In this document: positions 28,009 to 37,115 of the stretch, piece after piece
How positions within the stretch are numbered: position 1 is the stretch's first letter
How the letters are laid out: each line of letters starts with the position of its first letter
Source of the DNA: Chryseolinea sp.
Lineage (GTDB): Bacteria; Bacteroidota; Bacteroidia; Cytophagales; Cyclobacteriaceae
Length of the DNA stretch: 64,000 bases
Assembly (NCBI GenBank): GCA_036787535.1
Contig: DAIQPD010000003.1
Span: 51,505 to 115,504 of the forward strand
Direction: 5' to 3'
The notes under the pieces: generated by a model
Database searches by the model: none
Told to the model about the DNA's origin: nothing
Seen by the model: only the letters and a program-made list of their open reading frames with translations
Made by a program: the position numbers and the translations under genes

Positions 28009-28750
28009 ATGATTCTTTTTTAACGAGGAATTGCTCCAGATCTTTCAGCTTTAATATCCCTTCATAGTAAGCCTTGCCAAATATGACGGCAAAAATTCCC
28101 ATATCGTTTAATCGCTTTATATCATCTATGCCGCGTACACCACCACTGGCCAACACACAAATTTCAGGAAAGGCCTCAATAATTTCTTTATAAAAATTAA
28201 ACGCGGGTCCTTCTAGTACACCATCGCGCGATACATCTGTTGACTTCACATACTTTAAACCGCGTGAATAAAAATATTCAACATGTTCAAATAAAGTAAG
28301 CTCTGATTTTTTCTGCCAGCCTCTAAAAAGAAGTGCTTTTGTTTTAATGTCCACAACATCGGCACCCAATGTCATCTTCTCACGACCATACGATACAATC
28401 CAGGAAGCGAACAACTCCGGATTTGTAACGGCAAGACTTGCTGCTGTAATATAGTCTGCCCCATATTCGTAAGCCTTACTAATATCGCCATCGGTGGAAA
28501 TACCACCTGTAAAATCAATCTTAAGATCGGTATGCCCGGCAAGCGTTTCCAATACATGCCAGTTTACCGGACTACCTTTTTCTGCTCCATCCAAATCCAC
28601 TAAATGCAATACCTCAATCCCGTGATCCTGAAATCGCTTCGCCAAATCGAGTGGGTTTTCATCATACGCCTTCTCGCTGGACTGATCGCCCTTTCGCATC
28701 TTTACAACCTTGCCTTTTCGAATCGCGATAGAAGGAATTACCTGAATCAT
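28007..28750 (-). CDS. HisA/HisF-family (beta/alpha)8 barrel, HisA-like paralog outside any his operon
   Basis: 247 aa. VLHLVDLDGA, TDVSRDGVL and ASGGVRG motifs align with HisA. The N-terminal IPSIAIRKGK has Ala where HisA has the catalytic Asp. Confidence 0.75.
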   Translation of the reverse strand: MIQVIPSIAIRKGKVVKMRKGDQSSEKAYDENPLDLAKRFQDHGIEVLHLVDLDGAEKGSPVNWHVLETLAGHTDLKIDFTGGISTDGDISKAYEYGADYITAASLAVTNPELFASWIVSYGREKMTLGADVVDIKTKALLFRGWQKKSELTLFEHVEYFYSRGLKYVKSTDVSRDGVLEGPAFNFYKEIIEAFPEICVLASGGVRGIDDIKRLNDMGIFAVIFGKAYYEGILKLKDLEQFLVKKES

Positions 28751-28856
28751 AGATGAACTTTATATCATTAAATTGTCAAGCTAATGTACGCTGCAAACCT
28801 GAAAAACCTGATGTTCAAATCAAAAATCTGATAATATTTACCTTTTAATTTACAGA

Positions 28857-28922
28857 TTACGATGTACGATGCACAATTTGCATGATGGATTTAAAATTGT
28901 ACATCGTAAATTGTACGTCATA
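28857..28922. promoter_or_regulatory. three copies of AAATTGTRCRTCRTA (one inverted, two tandem direct) upstream of the PD40/OmpA gene
   Basis: Reverse complement of 28865-28879, plus 28894-28908 and 28908-28922. Includes a perfect 11-bp inverted repeat, TTACGATGTAC (28857-28867) with GTACATCGTAA (28899-28909). Confidence 0.5.
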
Positions 28923-28944
28923 CATTCTTGAAAATTCTATCCAC

Positions 28945-30525
28945 ATGAAAAGATTTGTTCTTCTTTGCTTTTTGATGATCACTTTCGTTCTCTCATCGTT
29001 TTCGCAATCGGCAACCCGCAGACTCCCCAGTTCGATCAATCATCCATCATTGAATTTATACGCGCCTTATATTAGCAACGATGGAAATGCCTTGCTCTAT
29101 ATTTCCGATAGTGGAGAAGATGGCGCGCTCACGCTAAATTATTCGTATCGTGAAAGTGACTGGTCTCCACCAATGGTCATTCCAAAAACCATTAATCATC
29201 GCATAACTTTTCTTCGTGGCTATGGTCTAAGTGCAGACGGAAAACAAATGTATTATTCATCGGCAAAGTCGCCCACCATAGGAGGATACGATATTTTTAC
29301 CAGCACTCTAAAAGGTAATACATGGGCCGATCCACAAAATCTTTTGTTACCGATCAATTCAAAATCAAATGAAGCATGCCCTTCTTTTACGCCTGATGGA
29401 AGTGTAATATATTTTATGCGATGTGAACGAATGGATCAGAACAACGCCAGCGATTGTAGGATTTTCAGATCGAAGAAAAAACCAAATGGTCAGTGGGAAG
29501 AACCGGAAGAACTCCCGGCATCTATCAACACGGGTAATTCGCAAACACCTCGCATTATGGCCGATGGCGAAACGCTTATTTTTTCTTCAAACAAAATGGC
29601 CAGTACCAAGGGTGGTCTGGATTTATACCAAACCAAATATGCCAATGGCGCATGGTCAACTCCTGTTGCGTTGGATTACATTAATACGGATAAAGATGAT
29701 CAGTATGTTAGTGTATCGGCTTTAGGCAGGTACTTATTAAGAGACGTGGTAAATGCTAGAAAAATAAGTGAGCTCGTTGAATTTCTAATTCCAAATGATC
29801 TCCGGCCAAAGGGAATGATGAAAGTCGAGGGCATCATAACCAATACCGAAAATCCAACTACACCTGCATACATTTCGATTATTGATTTGATTACAAATAA
29901 ACGTATTTACGCAGGAAGACCATTGAATGATGGATCATACTTTTTTTATTTAATGGAAGGTTCAAAATATGAAATGGCGGTTGATCCTGAACAAGGAAAT
30001 GTAACATACTTCATGAAACAGTTTGACTTGCAAACTGATAAAATACCGCAACGTGAAAAGGTAAACGTCACATTAAAAAAACCACTACCGGGCGATGAGT
30101 TGTCTCTGGACTTAGTGCGATTTGAATCCAACTCCGCCAAGCTGAACGCTTCGTCTGATGCTGACCTTAAGCGATTAGTGCGTTTGGCAAAAGCAAACCC
30201 TGCACTCAAATTTGAGATACAGGTATTGCTCAGTGGTTATGAAGAAGATACTGTTCAGTCGAAAGCTGATCTTACCGAGATCACGATTGATTCTATTGTA
30301 ACTCAATTTGATGATATCGATACCTTAGGACAATTGATAAAACGTGATACGCTAGTGGCCAGAACAACGTATCACAACAACCGAACAACAAAACAGGCTG
30401 AAGCCATCGTTACCTATCTAACATCACAAGGCATTAATGCATCACAACTAACGTATTTTGTAAATGCGATTGAAGCTATTCTTCCTGAAAACAAAAAGTT
30501 AACGATTAAGGCTGTGGCGAGATAA
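28945..30525 (+). CDS. periplasmic/outer-membrane protein: TolB-like PD40 repeats plus C-terminal OmpA-like domain
   Basis: Signal peptide MKRFVLLCFLMITFVLSSFSQ. WD40-like beta-propeller repeat pattern. C-terminal FESNSAKL...LKRLVRLAKANP is OmpA-like. Confidence 0.75.
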   Translation: MKRFVLLCFLMITFVLSSFSQSATRRLPSSINHPSLNLYAPYISNDGNALLYISDSGEDGALTLNYSYRESDWSPPMVIPKTINHRITFLRGYGLSADGKQMYYSSAKSPTIGGYDIFTSTLKGNTWADPQNLLLPINSKSNEACPSFTPDGSVIYFMRCERMDQNNASDCRIFRSKKKPNGQWEEPEELPASINTGNSQTPRIMADGETLIFSSNKMASTKGGLDLYQTKYANGAWSTPVALDYINTDKDDQYVSVSALGRYLLRDVVNARKISELVEFLIPNDLRPKGMMKVEGIITNTENPTTPAYISIIDLITNKRIYAGRPLNDGSYFFYLMEGSKYEMAVDPEQGNVTYFMKQFDLQTDKIPQREKVNVTLKKPLPGDELSLDLVRFESNSAKLNASSDADLKRLVRLAKANPALKFEIQVLLSGYEEDTVQSKADLTEITIDSIVTQFDDIDTLGQLIKRDTLVARTTYHNNRTTKQAEAIVTYLTSQGINASQLTYFVNAIEAILPENKKLTIKAVAR

Positions 30526-30564
30526 TTGGATTCAAAAAATATATCAACTTAATTCTAACAAATA

Positions 30565-31119
30565 CTAAAACACAATAGGCACTGCCACCAAAGTTTTATC
30601 CCAAATCAAAACCATCTCGGCATCCTCGCCTGTCTTCTCAAACGAGATGGTGAATTGCTCAAATTCACGTTCTTGTTTTACAGCATGAACCACAACTTGT
30701 AATGCATCTTTGTCTGGATTGCGGTTTGCCTCACCATCGAAGTTAACGCCCCACTGACCAACCTCTGAATTAAAGATAACGGTCCAGGTTTCTTCGGTAG
30801 GGATAGTCCATAACGTGTACTTCCCCTTTCTCAGAACTTTACCTTCAATATGCAGCTCCTTATTGGTCTCAAAAGTAGTAGCCTCATTCGCTCCCGTTCG
30901 CCAGACTTTTCCATACGGCACCAATGCTCCAAAGATCTCGCGCCCTTTTTTATACGGCCTGTTGTATTGCACTTTAATCTCTACCTCTCCATGATTAAAG
31001 GATACTCCTTCTTCCGGACTAAACTGTTTGGTATTCTTCTTTATAAAAACAAAGGCAATGGCACCAATAATAAATATGGACGCTACAGCAATTGAGGTAA
31101 AAATGAGAAACTTCTTCAT
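30565..31119 (-). CDS. DUF2911 family protein
   Basis: 184 aa with N-terminal TM/signal. GREIFGALVPYGKVWRTGANEATTFE motif. Confidence 0.7.
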   Translation of the reverse strand: MKKFLIFTSIAVASIFIIGAIAFVFIKKNTKQFSPEEGVSFNHGEVEIKVQYNRPYKKGREIFGALVPYGKVWRTGANEATTFETNKELHIEGKVLRKGKYTLWTIPTEETWTVIFNSEVGQWGVNFDGEANRNPDKDALQVVVHAVKQEREFEQFTISFEKTGEDAEMVLIWDKTLVAVPIVF

Positions 31120-31231
31120 GTACGTTATTTATGGGCTTGCGACAAGTTAATTATCCTAAAAACAAATTTTGGTTCTTTCTCAAAAAATTATGGAATAGAG
31201 TCTATTTTTACCCCTCTTAAATAAACTGAAT

Positions 31232-31351
31232 ATGGATTTATCTTGGTGGCCATTCTGGGTCGTTATCGCATTATTCGTTCTTGCCATTATTAGTCCTTGG
31301 GTAATACCAAACAAAATGGTGAGTAAAAATAAGCATGACAATAAGTTCTGA
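31232..31351 (+). CDS. possible 39-aa single-pass membrane peptide
   Basis: MDLSWWPFWVVIALFVLAIISPWVIPNKMVSKNKHDNKF. Below the ORF-track cutoff, found by reading the gap. No homology known to me. Confidence 0.25.
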   Translation: MDLSWWPFWVVIALFVLAIISPWVIPNKMVSKNKHDNKF

Positions 31352-31372
31352 TTCATCAGAGCTTAACAACAA

Positions 31373-31909
31373 ATGAACATTTGTGTTTTCTGCGGTTCTT
31401 CAACCGGGCATAATTCTGTTTTTGCTGATGCCGCCATAACACTTGGAATCGCATTAGCGAATAGAAATATTACGCTGGTTTACGGTGGAGGTAATGTTGG
31501 CCTAATGGGCATATTGGCTGATAGTGTGCTAAAGCATGGCGGAAATGCCGTGGGTGTAATTCCAGACTTTTTAATGAAGCGTGAGGTTGGTCATAAAAAC
31601 CTCACTCGTCTGGAAGTAGTATCCTCAATGCATGAACGAAAGAAACGTATGGCCGATATTTCGGATGCCTTCATTGCTATGCCGGGTGGTTGGGGAACAT
31701 TAGATGAACTAGCCGAAATCTTAACTTGGAAACAACTTGGCTTGATCAATCAGCCTGTCGGAATTTTAAACACAAATCATTTTTTTGATCCATTGTTGCA
31801 GCAAATGAACGCAATGCAAGAAACTGGTTTCTTGCGTCAGGCTTATCTTGACTTCCTTGTTGTAAACACCTCGCCTGAAGAACTTGTTATATCCCTAATC
31901 CCGCAATAA
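31373..31909 (+). CDS. LOG family (TIGR00730) nucleotide 5'-monophosphate phosphoribohydrolase
   Basis: 178 aa. PGGWGTLDEL and GGGNVGLMG motifs. Confidence 0.85.
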   Translation: MNICVFCGSSTGHNSVFADAAITLGIALANRNITLVYGGGNVGLMGILADSVLKHGGNAVGVIPDFLMKREVGHKNLTRLEVVSSMHERKKRMADISDAFIAMPGGWGTLDELAEILTWKQLGLINQPVGILNTNHFFDPLLQQMNAMQETGFLRQAYLDFLVVNTSPEELVISLIPQ

Positions 31910-31966
31910 GGGTGATTACACGCTCACTGAAAATTGTCTTATATTGACATTTATCGAAGGTGTTTT

Positions 31967-33199
31967 ATGTACAGAAGTTTTTTTATCCTATTCTTTTCTT
32001 CACTTTTATCACTTGGTCTTTACGGACAACCCTTAGGATTTTCACTGGCCAATGGAAAAAAGAAAGTACAGATACCAATCCAAATCTATAGTAATCTCAT
32101 TGTAGTACCTGTTGTGTTAAATAATACACTACCACTGAAATTCATTTTGGACACGGGTGTACGCACCACCATTCTAACTCAAAAAGCCTTTACAGATATT
32201 CTCAACCTCCAGTATTCCCGCAAATACACAATCTCTGGTGCCGGAGGAGAAAATTTGATTGATGCCTATATTACTAACAATGTTTCGCTTTCTATGCCCG
32301 GTGTGGAAAGTCGTGGTCATGCCATGTTGGTTTTAGAAAAAGATTATCTGGAGTTACGGAATTACCTTGGTACGGATGTGCATGGAATACTCGGCTACGA
32401 ATTATTTAGTCGTTTCATTGTCGATGTCGACTACGAAAAGAAATTGCTCACACTAATCGTTCCTGAGAAAAGCCGTAAGTATCGAAATTTTCAATCTATC
32501 CCAATCAAGATTGAAGATACTAAACCCTACCTGATAACAACTGTAACATTAGATGATGGCACCACACTAAGTGCAAAATTATTGGTAGACACAGGTGCGA
32601 GTCATGCTTTACTGCTTGATCCTTTTTCTGACAATCGTATCCATGTTCCAGAGAAAGTACTCAGTTCACTTATAGGAAGAGGATTGGGAGGAGAGATTTA
32701 TGGAAAAATTGGTCGCATTGAAAATCTCCAACTTGGTAGTTACAATGTGCATAGTGTGGTAACGAATTTTCCCGATCCCAATAGCTATTTCGATAGTTTA
32801 AAAGTTGGTAAGATCTTTAGAAACGGGTCAATTGGTGGAGAGCTTATGAGCCGATTTCATATGGTCTATGATTTTCCTGAAGAAAAGATCTTCTTTAAGA
32901 AGAACGCTTCCTTCAAAAAAGGTTTTCACCATAACCTGAGCGGGCTTACCATAAAAGCAAAAGGTGTTCATCTTAATATTTTTGAAATCACAGAAGTGCG
33001 CGATGAGTCTGCAGCAAAGAAAGCGGGCTTAGAAGTAGGTGACATTATTGAAAATGTTGGCGGTATAACGCTTAGAGATTTAAACCTGAGTTTGGTTAAT
33101 GGGTTGCTTAATAATAAACCCGGTAAAAAAGTAAAAGTGGAAGTAAATAGAAAAGGAGTAAGGGTGAAGTCCTTCCTGATATTGGCCGATCAGATTTAA
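31967..33199 (+). CDS. retropepsin-like aspartyl protease with C-terminal PDZ domain
   Basis: Two DTG motifs (LDTGVRTT, VDTGASHA), PDZ-like GLEVGDIIENVGG. Start set at the ATG giving signal peptide MYRSFFILFFSSLLSLGLYGQ. Confidence 0.8.
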   Translation: MYRSFFILFFSSLLSLGLYGQPLGFSLANGKKKVQIPIQIYSNLIVVPVVLNNTLPLKFILDTGVRTTILTQKAFTDILNLQYSRKYTISGAGGENLIDAYITNNVSLSMPGVESRGHAMLVLEKDYLELRNYLGTDVHGILGYELFSRFIVDVDYEKKLLTLIVPEKSRKYRNFQSIPIKIEDTKPYLITTVTLDDGTTLSAKLLVDTGASHALLLDPFSDNRIHVPEKVLSSLIGRGLGGEIYGKIGRIENLQLGSYNVHSVVTNFPDPNSYFDSLKVGKIFRNGSIGGELMSRFHMVYDFPEEKIFFKKNASFKKGFHHNLSGLTIKAKGVHLNIFEITEVRDESAAKKAGLEVGDIIENVGGITLRDLNLSLVNGLLNNKPGKKVKVEVNRKGVRVKSFLILADQI

Positions 33200-33225
33200 G
33201 ATCACCATTACCTTTTACCGCTTTA

Positions 33226-33699
33226 TTATCGAACTAACTTTGAAAGTTGCCCCTTCCTTTTTTGATATGCGTTGTACAAATACTCTTGTGTTCGTTTGAA
33301 TTTTAACGAATTGCGCAGCATCGTATAAATCCCATCAGATGATAAGTTTTGTTTCAGCAAATAATCCAATACGCCAGAAGCACTCAACGCTTCTTCGTAA
33401 TTGGATGATTTTAATAATGTAATTGGAACATTCTTTGTTTTTTGGTTTGACTCCAGAGCCTGAATGGCCAAGGTCATTTCTGTCTTGCCAATATTGTCAT
33501 CCAAAAGAATAAAATGCGGTTGAAAGCGAATCAGTCTTTGCACGATACTCTTTAGATCAAAAGCAATTTCCGTTACTATTCGTTGACCCCTGATCTGATT
33601 GAGTTTTTCCAATACCCCACTCAATTCAATTGGATTATTTCCAATTAAAAGAACGTGAAGAGGATTGGTATCGATTTGCTTTTTAGTCGTTGTTTCCAT
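33226..33699 (-). CDS. stand-alone receiver-domain protein with an atypical acidic pocket
   Basis: 157 aa. FILLDDNIG (phospho-Asp position), LLKSS and DYLLKQ are present, but the N-terminal LLIGNNP replaces the usual DD/DE pair. Confidence 0.7.
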   Translation of the reverse strand: METTTKKQIDTNPLHVLLIGNNPIELSGVLEKLNQIRGQRIVTEIAFDLKSIVQRLIRFQPHFILLDDNIGKTEMTLAIQALESNQKTKNVPITLLKSSNYEEALSASGVLDYLLKQNLSSDGIYTMLRNSLKFKRTQEYLYNAYQKRKGQLSKLVR

Positions 33700-33832
33700 T
33701 GTACCAGATTGCTATATAGACATTATATTAACGTAAAAGGTTGGGTTACAAGATTTGTTCCAACACAAAATATTCTGTTTTTATAATGAATCAATCATCT
33801 AACTTTCTCAAATCAAGAGATTCGAAGCCGAT

Positions 33833-34942
33833 ATGAAGCAAATTATTATAATGGGTGGTGGTTTAGGCGGTCTGGTTGCTTCTATCCGGTTAGCAAAATC
33901 AGGTATTCATTGCACCGTCATTGAAAAGAAATCATACCCCTTTCATCGTGTGTGCGGAGAATACATTTCAAATGAAACGATTCCCTATCTAAAATCTCTT
34001 GATCTATTTCCATTCGAATTTACGCCACCATCCATTACACGATTTTTGCTTTCATCTGTTAGCGGTAAAAGTACTATGATGGATCTTGACCTTGGAGGGT
34101 TTGGCATCAGCCGCTACACCTTCGATAATTTTCTCTATGAAAAAGCAAAACTACTTGGTGTTACATTTTTATTAAACACCGAAGTAGAAGAGGTTACATT
34201 CTCTGATAATACCTTTCTCATTAAAACACAATCTCAAAATCTAAAAGCCGATTTAGTTTTAGGAAGCTTTGGCAAGCGCTCAAAATTAGATGTCCAACTA
34301 AACCGAAGTTTCATTCAGAAACGATCTCCGTACGTAGGAATTAAATATCATCTCAAGACTAATCATCCTCACGATCTTATCGCGCTCCATAATTTTAAGG
34401 GTGGGTATTGTGGAATGAGCAACATTGAAGATGGCAAAACAACATTGTGTTACTTAACGCATCGGGATAACCTGCGTCAGTTCAAAAATATTCGGGAGAT
34501 GGAAGAGAATGTTCTCTTCCAAAATCCTTTACTTAAATCTGTTTTCATCAATTCTGAGTTTATTTTTGATAAACCCGAAACGATTAATGAAATATCATTC
34601 GAAACAAAGTCGCCAGTTGAAAATCATATCTTGATGATTGGAGATGCGGCCGGAATGATAACACCACTTTGCGGAAATGGGATGGCGATGGCTATTCACG
34701 CTTCCAAACTCGCCAGCGAATTAATTATAGAACACATTAACAACTCGCTTTCCCGCGAAGAAATGGAGAGAAGATATTCAAATCTCTGGCAGAAAAATTT
34801 TGGCTTACGATTATGGCGAGGACGACAGATACAGAAATTATTCGGAAGTCCGTTTGCATCCAACATTGCCATCAATTTAGCCATTCATGTAAAGCCAATT
34901 GCCAATAGCATTATGCGAAGCACACACGGAGATGGGTTCTGA
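33833..34942 (+). CDS. FAD-dependent oxidoreductase (geranylgeranyl-reductase / aromatic hydroxylase-like)
   Basis: 369 aa. IIIMGGGLGGLVAS Rossmann motif, CGEYIS motif, GDAAGMITPLCGNGM FAD motif. Confidence 0.85.
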   Translation: MKQIIIMGGGLGGLVASIRLAKSGIHCTVIEKKSYPFHRVCGEYISNETIPYLKSLDLFPFEFTPPSITRFLLSSVSGKSTMMDLDLGGFGISRYTFDNFLYEKAKLLGVTFLLNTEVEEVTFSDNTFLIKTQSQNLKADLVLGSFGKRSKLDVQLNRSFIQKRSPYVGIKYHLKTNHPHDLIALHNFKGGYCGMSNIEDGKTTLCYLTHRDNLRQFKNIREMEENVLFQNPLLKSVFINSEFIFDKPETINEISFETKSPVENHILMIGDAAGMITPLCGNGMAMAIHASKLASELIIEHINNSLSREEMERRYSNLWQKNFGLRLWRGRQIQKLFGSPFASNIAINLAIHVKPIANSIMRSTHGDGF

Positions 34943-34984
34943 TTAACTGATACTCCTCTAAATATTATGAATATGCCTGAATTT

Positions 34985-35068
34985 TTCTTTGTGAAACTTT
35001 GTGACTTCGTGTAATAGTGGCCTAATTTTTTGCCACTAAATCTCAAAGACACGAAGGATCACTAAGTT
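34985..35068. repeat. CACGAAG/CACAAAG-word palindromic element, copy 1
   Basis: GTGAAACTTTGTGACTTCGTG ... CAAAGACACGAAGGATCAC. Shares AAACTTTGTGACT and TTGTGACTTCGTG with the reverse complement of 57212-57255. Confidence 0.7.
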
Positions 35069-35145
35069 GCTCAACATCACTGAGTAAATGTGGTTTTGAA
35101 AGTCACCTTGAATGCCTATCTTAAGTTTTCATCAACCTAGACACC

Positions 35146-36147
35146 ATGAATAACGAGAACAGCAGGAGAGAATTTTTACGCTCACTAGGACTTATCAGTT
35201 TAAGTGCTGCAGCGGGCACAACATTTCTTTCAGCTTGTGGCGGCAAGTCGTCATCTGAAAGTACAGTAGATTCTACCGCCATATCATCAGCCATTCCAAA
35301 AGAATTATTCTTCAAGATATCATTGGCTGAATGGTCATTGCATAAATCATTATTCGATAAAAAACTGGATCACCTTGATTTTCCCGCCAGGGCAAAAAAT
35401 GATTTCGGCATATCGGCTGTAGAATATGTCAATCAGTTTTTCATGGACAAAGCAAAAGACCAAACCTATTTGGCAGAATTGAAGAAAAGGTGTGACGATC
35501 TTGGCGTTACCAGTGTACTCATTATGTGTGATGGTGAAGGGGAGCTAGGAGATCTTGATGCAAAGAAGCGCGCAAAAGCTGTTGAGAATCATTATAAGTG
35601 GGCAGAGGCCGCAAAGTTCTTAGGCTGTCATGCAATACGCGTAAACTCTTTTGGTATTGGCACACGTGAAGAAATAGCAAAAGCAGCAACAGATGGACTT
35701 CATTCACTATCTGAATTTGCAAAGGGACTCGACATCAATGTAATCGTTGAAAATCATGGAGGATATTCTTCGGATGGACAATGGCTCAGTGGTGTTATCA
35801 GTGGCACAGGTATGGCGAACTGTGGCATCTTACCTGACTTTGGAAATTTCTGTGTGAGACGCGAAAAAAATGATATGTGGGATTCCCCTTGTGTAGAAAT
35901 GTATGATCGCTATAAAGGTACTGCCGAAATGATGCCTCACGCAAAAGGTGTAAGCGCAAAGGCTTATGATTTTGATGAGCAAGGTAATTGCATTGAAACC
36001 GACTATGCAAAGATGTTACCTATCGTAAAAGCTGCAGGTTATACTGGTCACATCGGTATTGAATATGAGGGAAGTAAACTCAGTGAAGACGAAGGTATAC
36101 GCGCTACAAAAGCTTTGCTGGAAAGAGTTGGGATGGCAATTTCCTGA
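35146..36147 (+). CDS. xylose-isomerase-like TIM-barrel (sugar phosphate isomerase/epimerase family) with Tat signal and lipobox
   Basis: SRREFLRSLG twin-arginine motif, LSACGG lipobox. VENHGG and IGIEYEG are typical of the AP endonuclease 2/xylose isomerase fold. Confidence 0.8.
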   Translation: MNNENSRREFLRSLGLISLSAAAGTTFLSACGGKSSSESTVDSTAISSAIPKELFFKISLAEWSLHKSLFDKKLDHLDFPARAKNDFGISAVEYVNQFFMDKAKDQTYLAELKKRCDDLGVTSVLIMCDGEGELGDLDAKKRAKAVENHYKWAEAAKFLGCHAIRVNSFGIGTREEIAKAATDGLHSLSEFAKGLDINVIVENHGGYSSDGQWLSGVISGTGMANCGILPDFGNFCVRREKNDMWDSPCVEMYDRYKGTAEMMPHAKGVSAKAYDFDEQGNCIETDYAKMLPIVKAAGYTGHIGIEYEGSKLSEDEGIRATKALLERVGMAIS

Positions 36148-36172
36148 TCTGAAAAATGATTCTGTCAGGTGC

Positions 36173-37066
36173 TTATCCTAATGTATTTAAAATATGCGAT
36201 GAATCTAAAAACAAATAGATAAAAAAAGTATTTAAGCAAGTAGCAGAAATAAAGTTCAACCACATCGTATAGGTGTGGTTTGCTTTTGTTTCGTCTCTAA
36301 GTACCTGAATAAACCAAAAGAAAAAGAACAGTACCACAGGCGACATGGCCGCTAAAAAAATGAGGGCATACTGAAGAGAAAATGTAATGAAGAAGTAATA
36401 CATAAAGGCGGCACTTACAAAAACAAAAATACCTCCTACAAAATAAAACGTTCCGCGAATGCCTAGCATCCTGCTAAAGGTTTGATCCCCTCGTTTCCCA
36501 TCTTCTTCATGTTGATAAATTTGCGTCATGGGGTACGTACCCAGCAATAAAAATGTGGCCAGTAAACCAGGAATTAAAACAGCTGGTCTTATTGCCAGTT
36601 CAATGGGTAAAGCGCTAACGCCTACATAACACATCATAAACGTAAAGAGACCTTGAAATAGACTTACAATGATCCATCCGGCAATCGGATATTTTTTCAA
36701 TCGGATACTTGGATGACTATATGCCTTTGAAACCAATCCATACACCAGCAACATCATCGAAAAAGTAAGGCTCAGTTTTATGAATCCTAATACTATAGCA
36801 ATGACATCAAACGCAAGTGATAGGTAGAACAATCCCCGGTTTACGGGTGGCGGATTTTTTAACCCACCAATACTTTTTTCATCTTTATCGAAATAACTGT
36901 TATAACCATTGCTGGCCGGGTACAGAAAAAAATGAACGATCAAAAAAGTCCAGAGCAAAGTATGCTCGGTTATATTCGGTGTAACCGAAAGCGAAAACAA
37001 AAAAACAGGTAGCAGGAAATATGAAAATGGAATGCGCAGATGAAGCCACGAGGAGGTTGAAAACAT
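36173..37066 (-). CDS. UbiA family aromatic prenyltransferase
   Basis: 297 aa, multi-pass membrane protein. Asp-rich NGYNSYFDKDE motif. Confidence 0.85.
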   Translation of the reverse strand: MFSTSSWLHLRIPFSYFLLPVFLFSLSVTPNITEHTLLWTFLIVHFFLYPASNGYNSYFDKDEKSIGGLKNPPPVNRGLFYLSLAFDVIAIVLGFIKLSLTFSMMLLVYGLVSKAYSHPSIRLKKYPIAGWIIVSLFQGLFTFMMCYVGVSALPIELAIRPAVLIPGLLATFLLLGTYPMTQIYQHEEDGKRGDQTFSRMLGIRGTFYFVGGIFVFVSAAFMYYFFITFSLQYALIFLAAMSPVVLFFFFWFIQVLRDETKANHTYTMWLNFISATCLNTFFIYLFLDSSHILNTLG

Positions 37067-37115
37067 GTTTTACTTTTTTATGAAACTAATGTAGGCTTTT
37101 TTGGATTAGGTATTT

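Noticed and set aside
28007-28750. Calling this gene hisA of the histidine operon
   Set aside because: There are no neighbouring his genes and the catalytic N-terminal Asp is replaced by Ala. It is kept as a HisA-like paralog without a gene symbol.
28882-28944. Upstream start (MMDLKLYIVNC...) for the PD40/OmpA gene
   Set aside because: The extra 21 codons overlap the tandem AAATTGTRCRTCRTA repeats and precede an obvious signal peptide that starts at the ATG at 28945.
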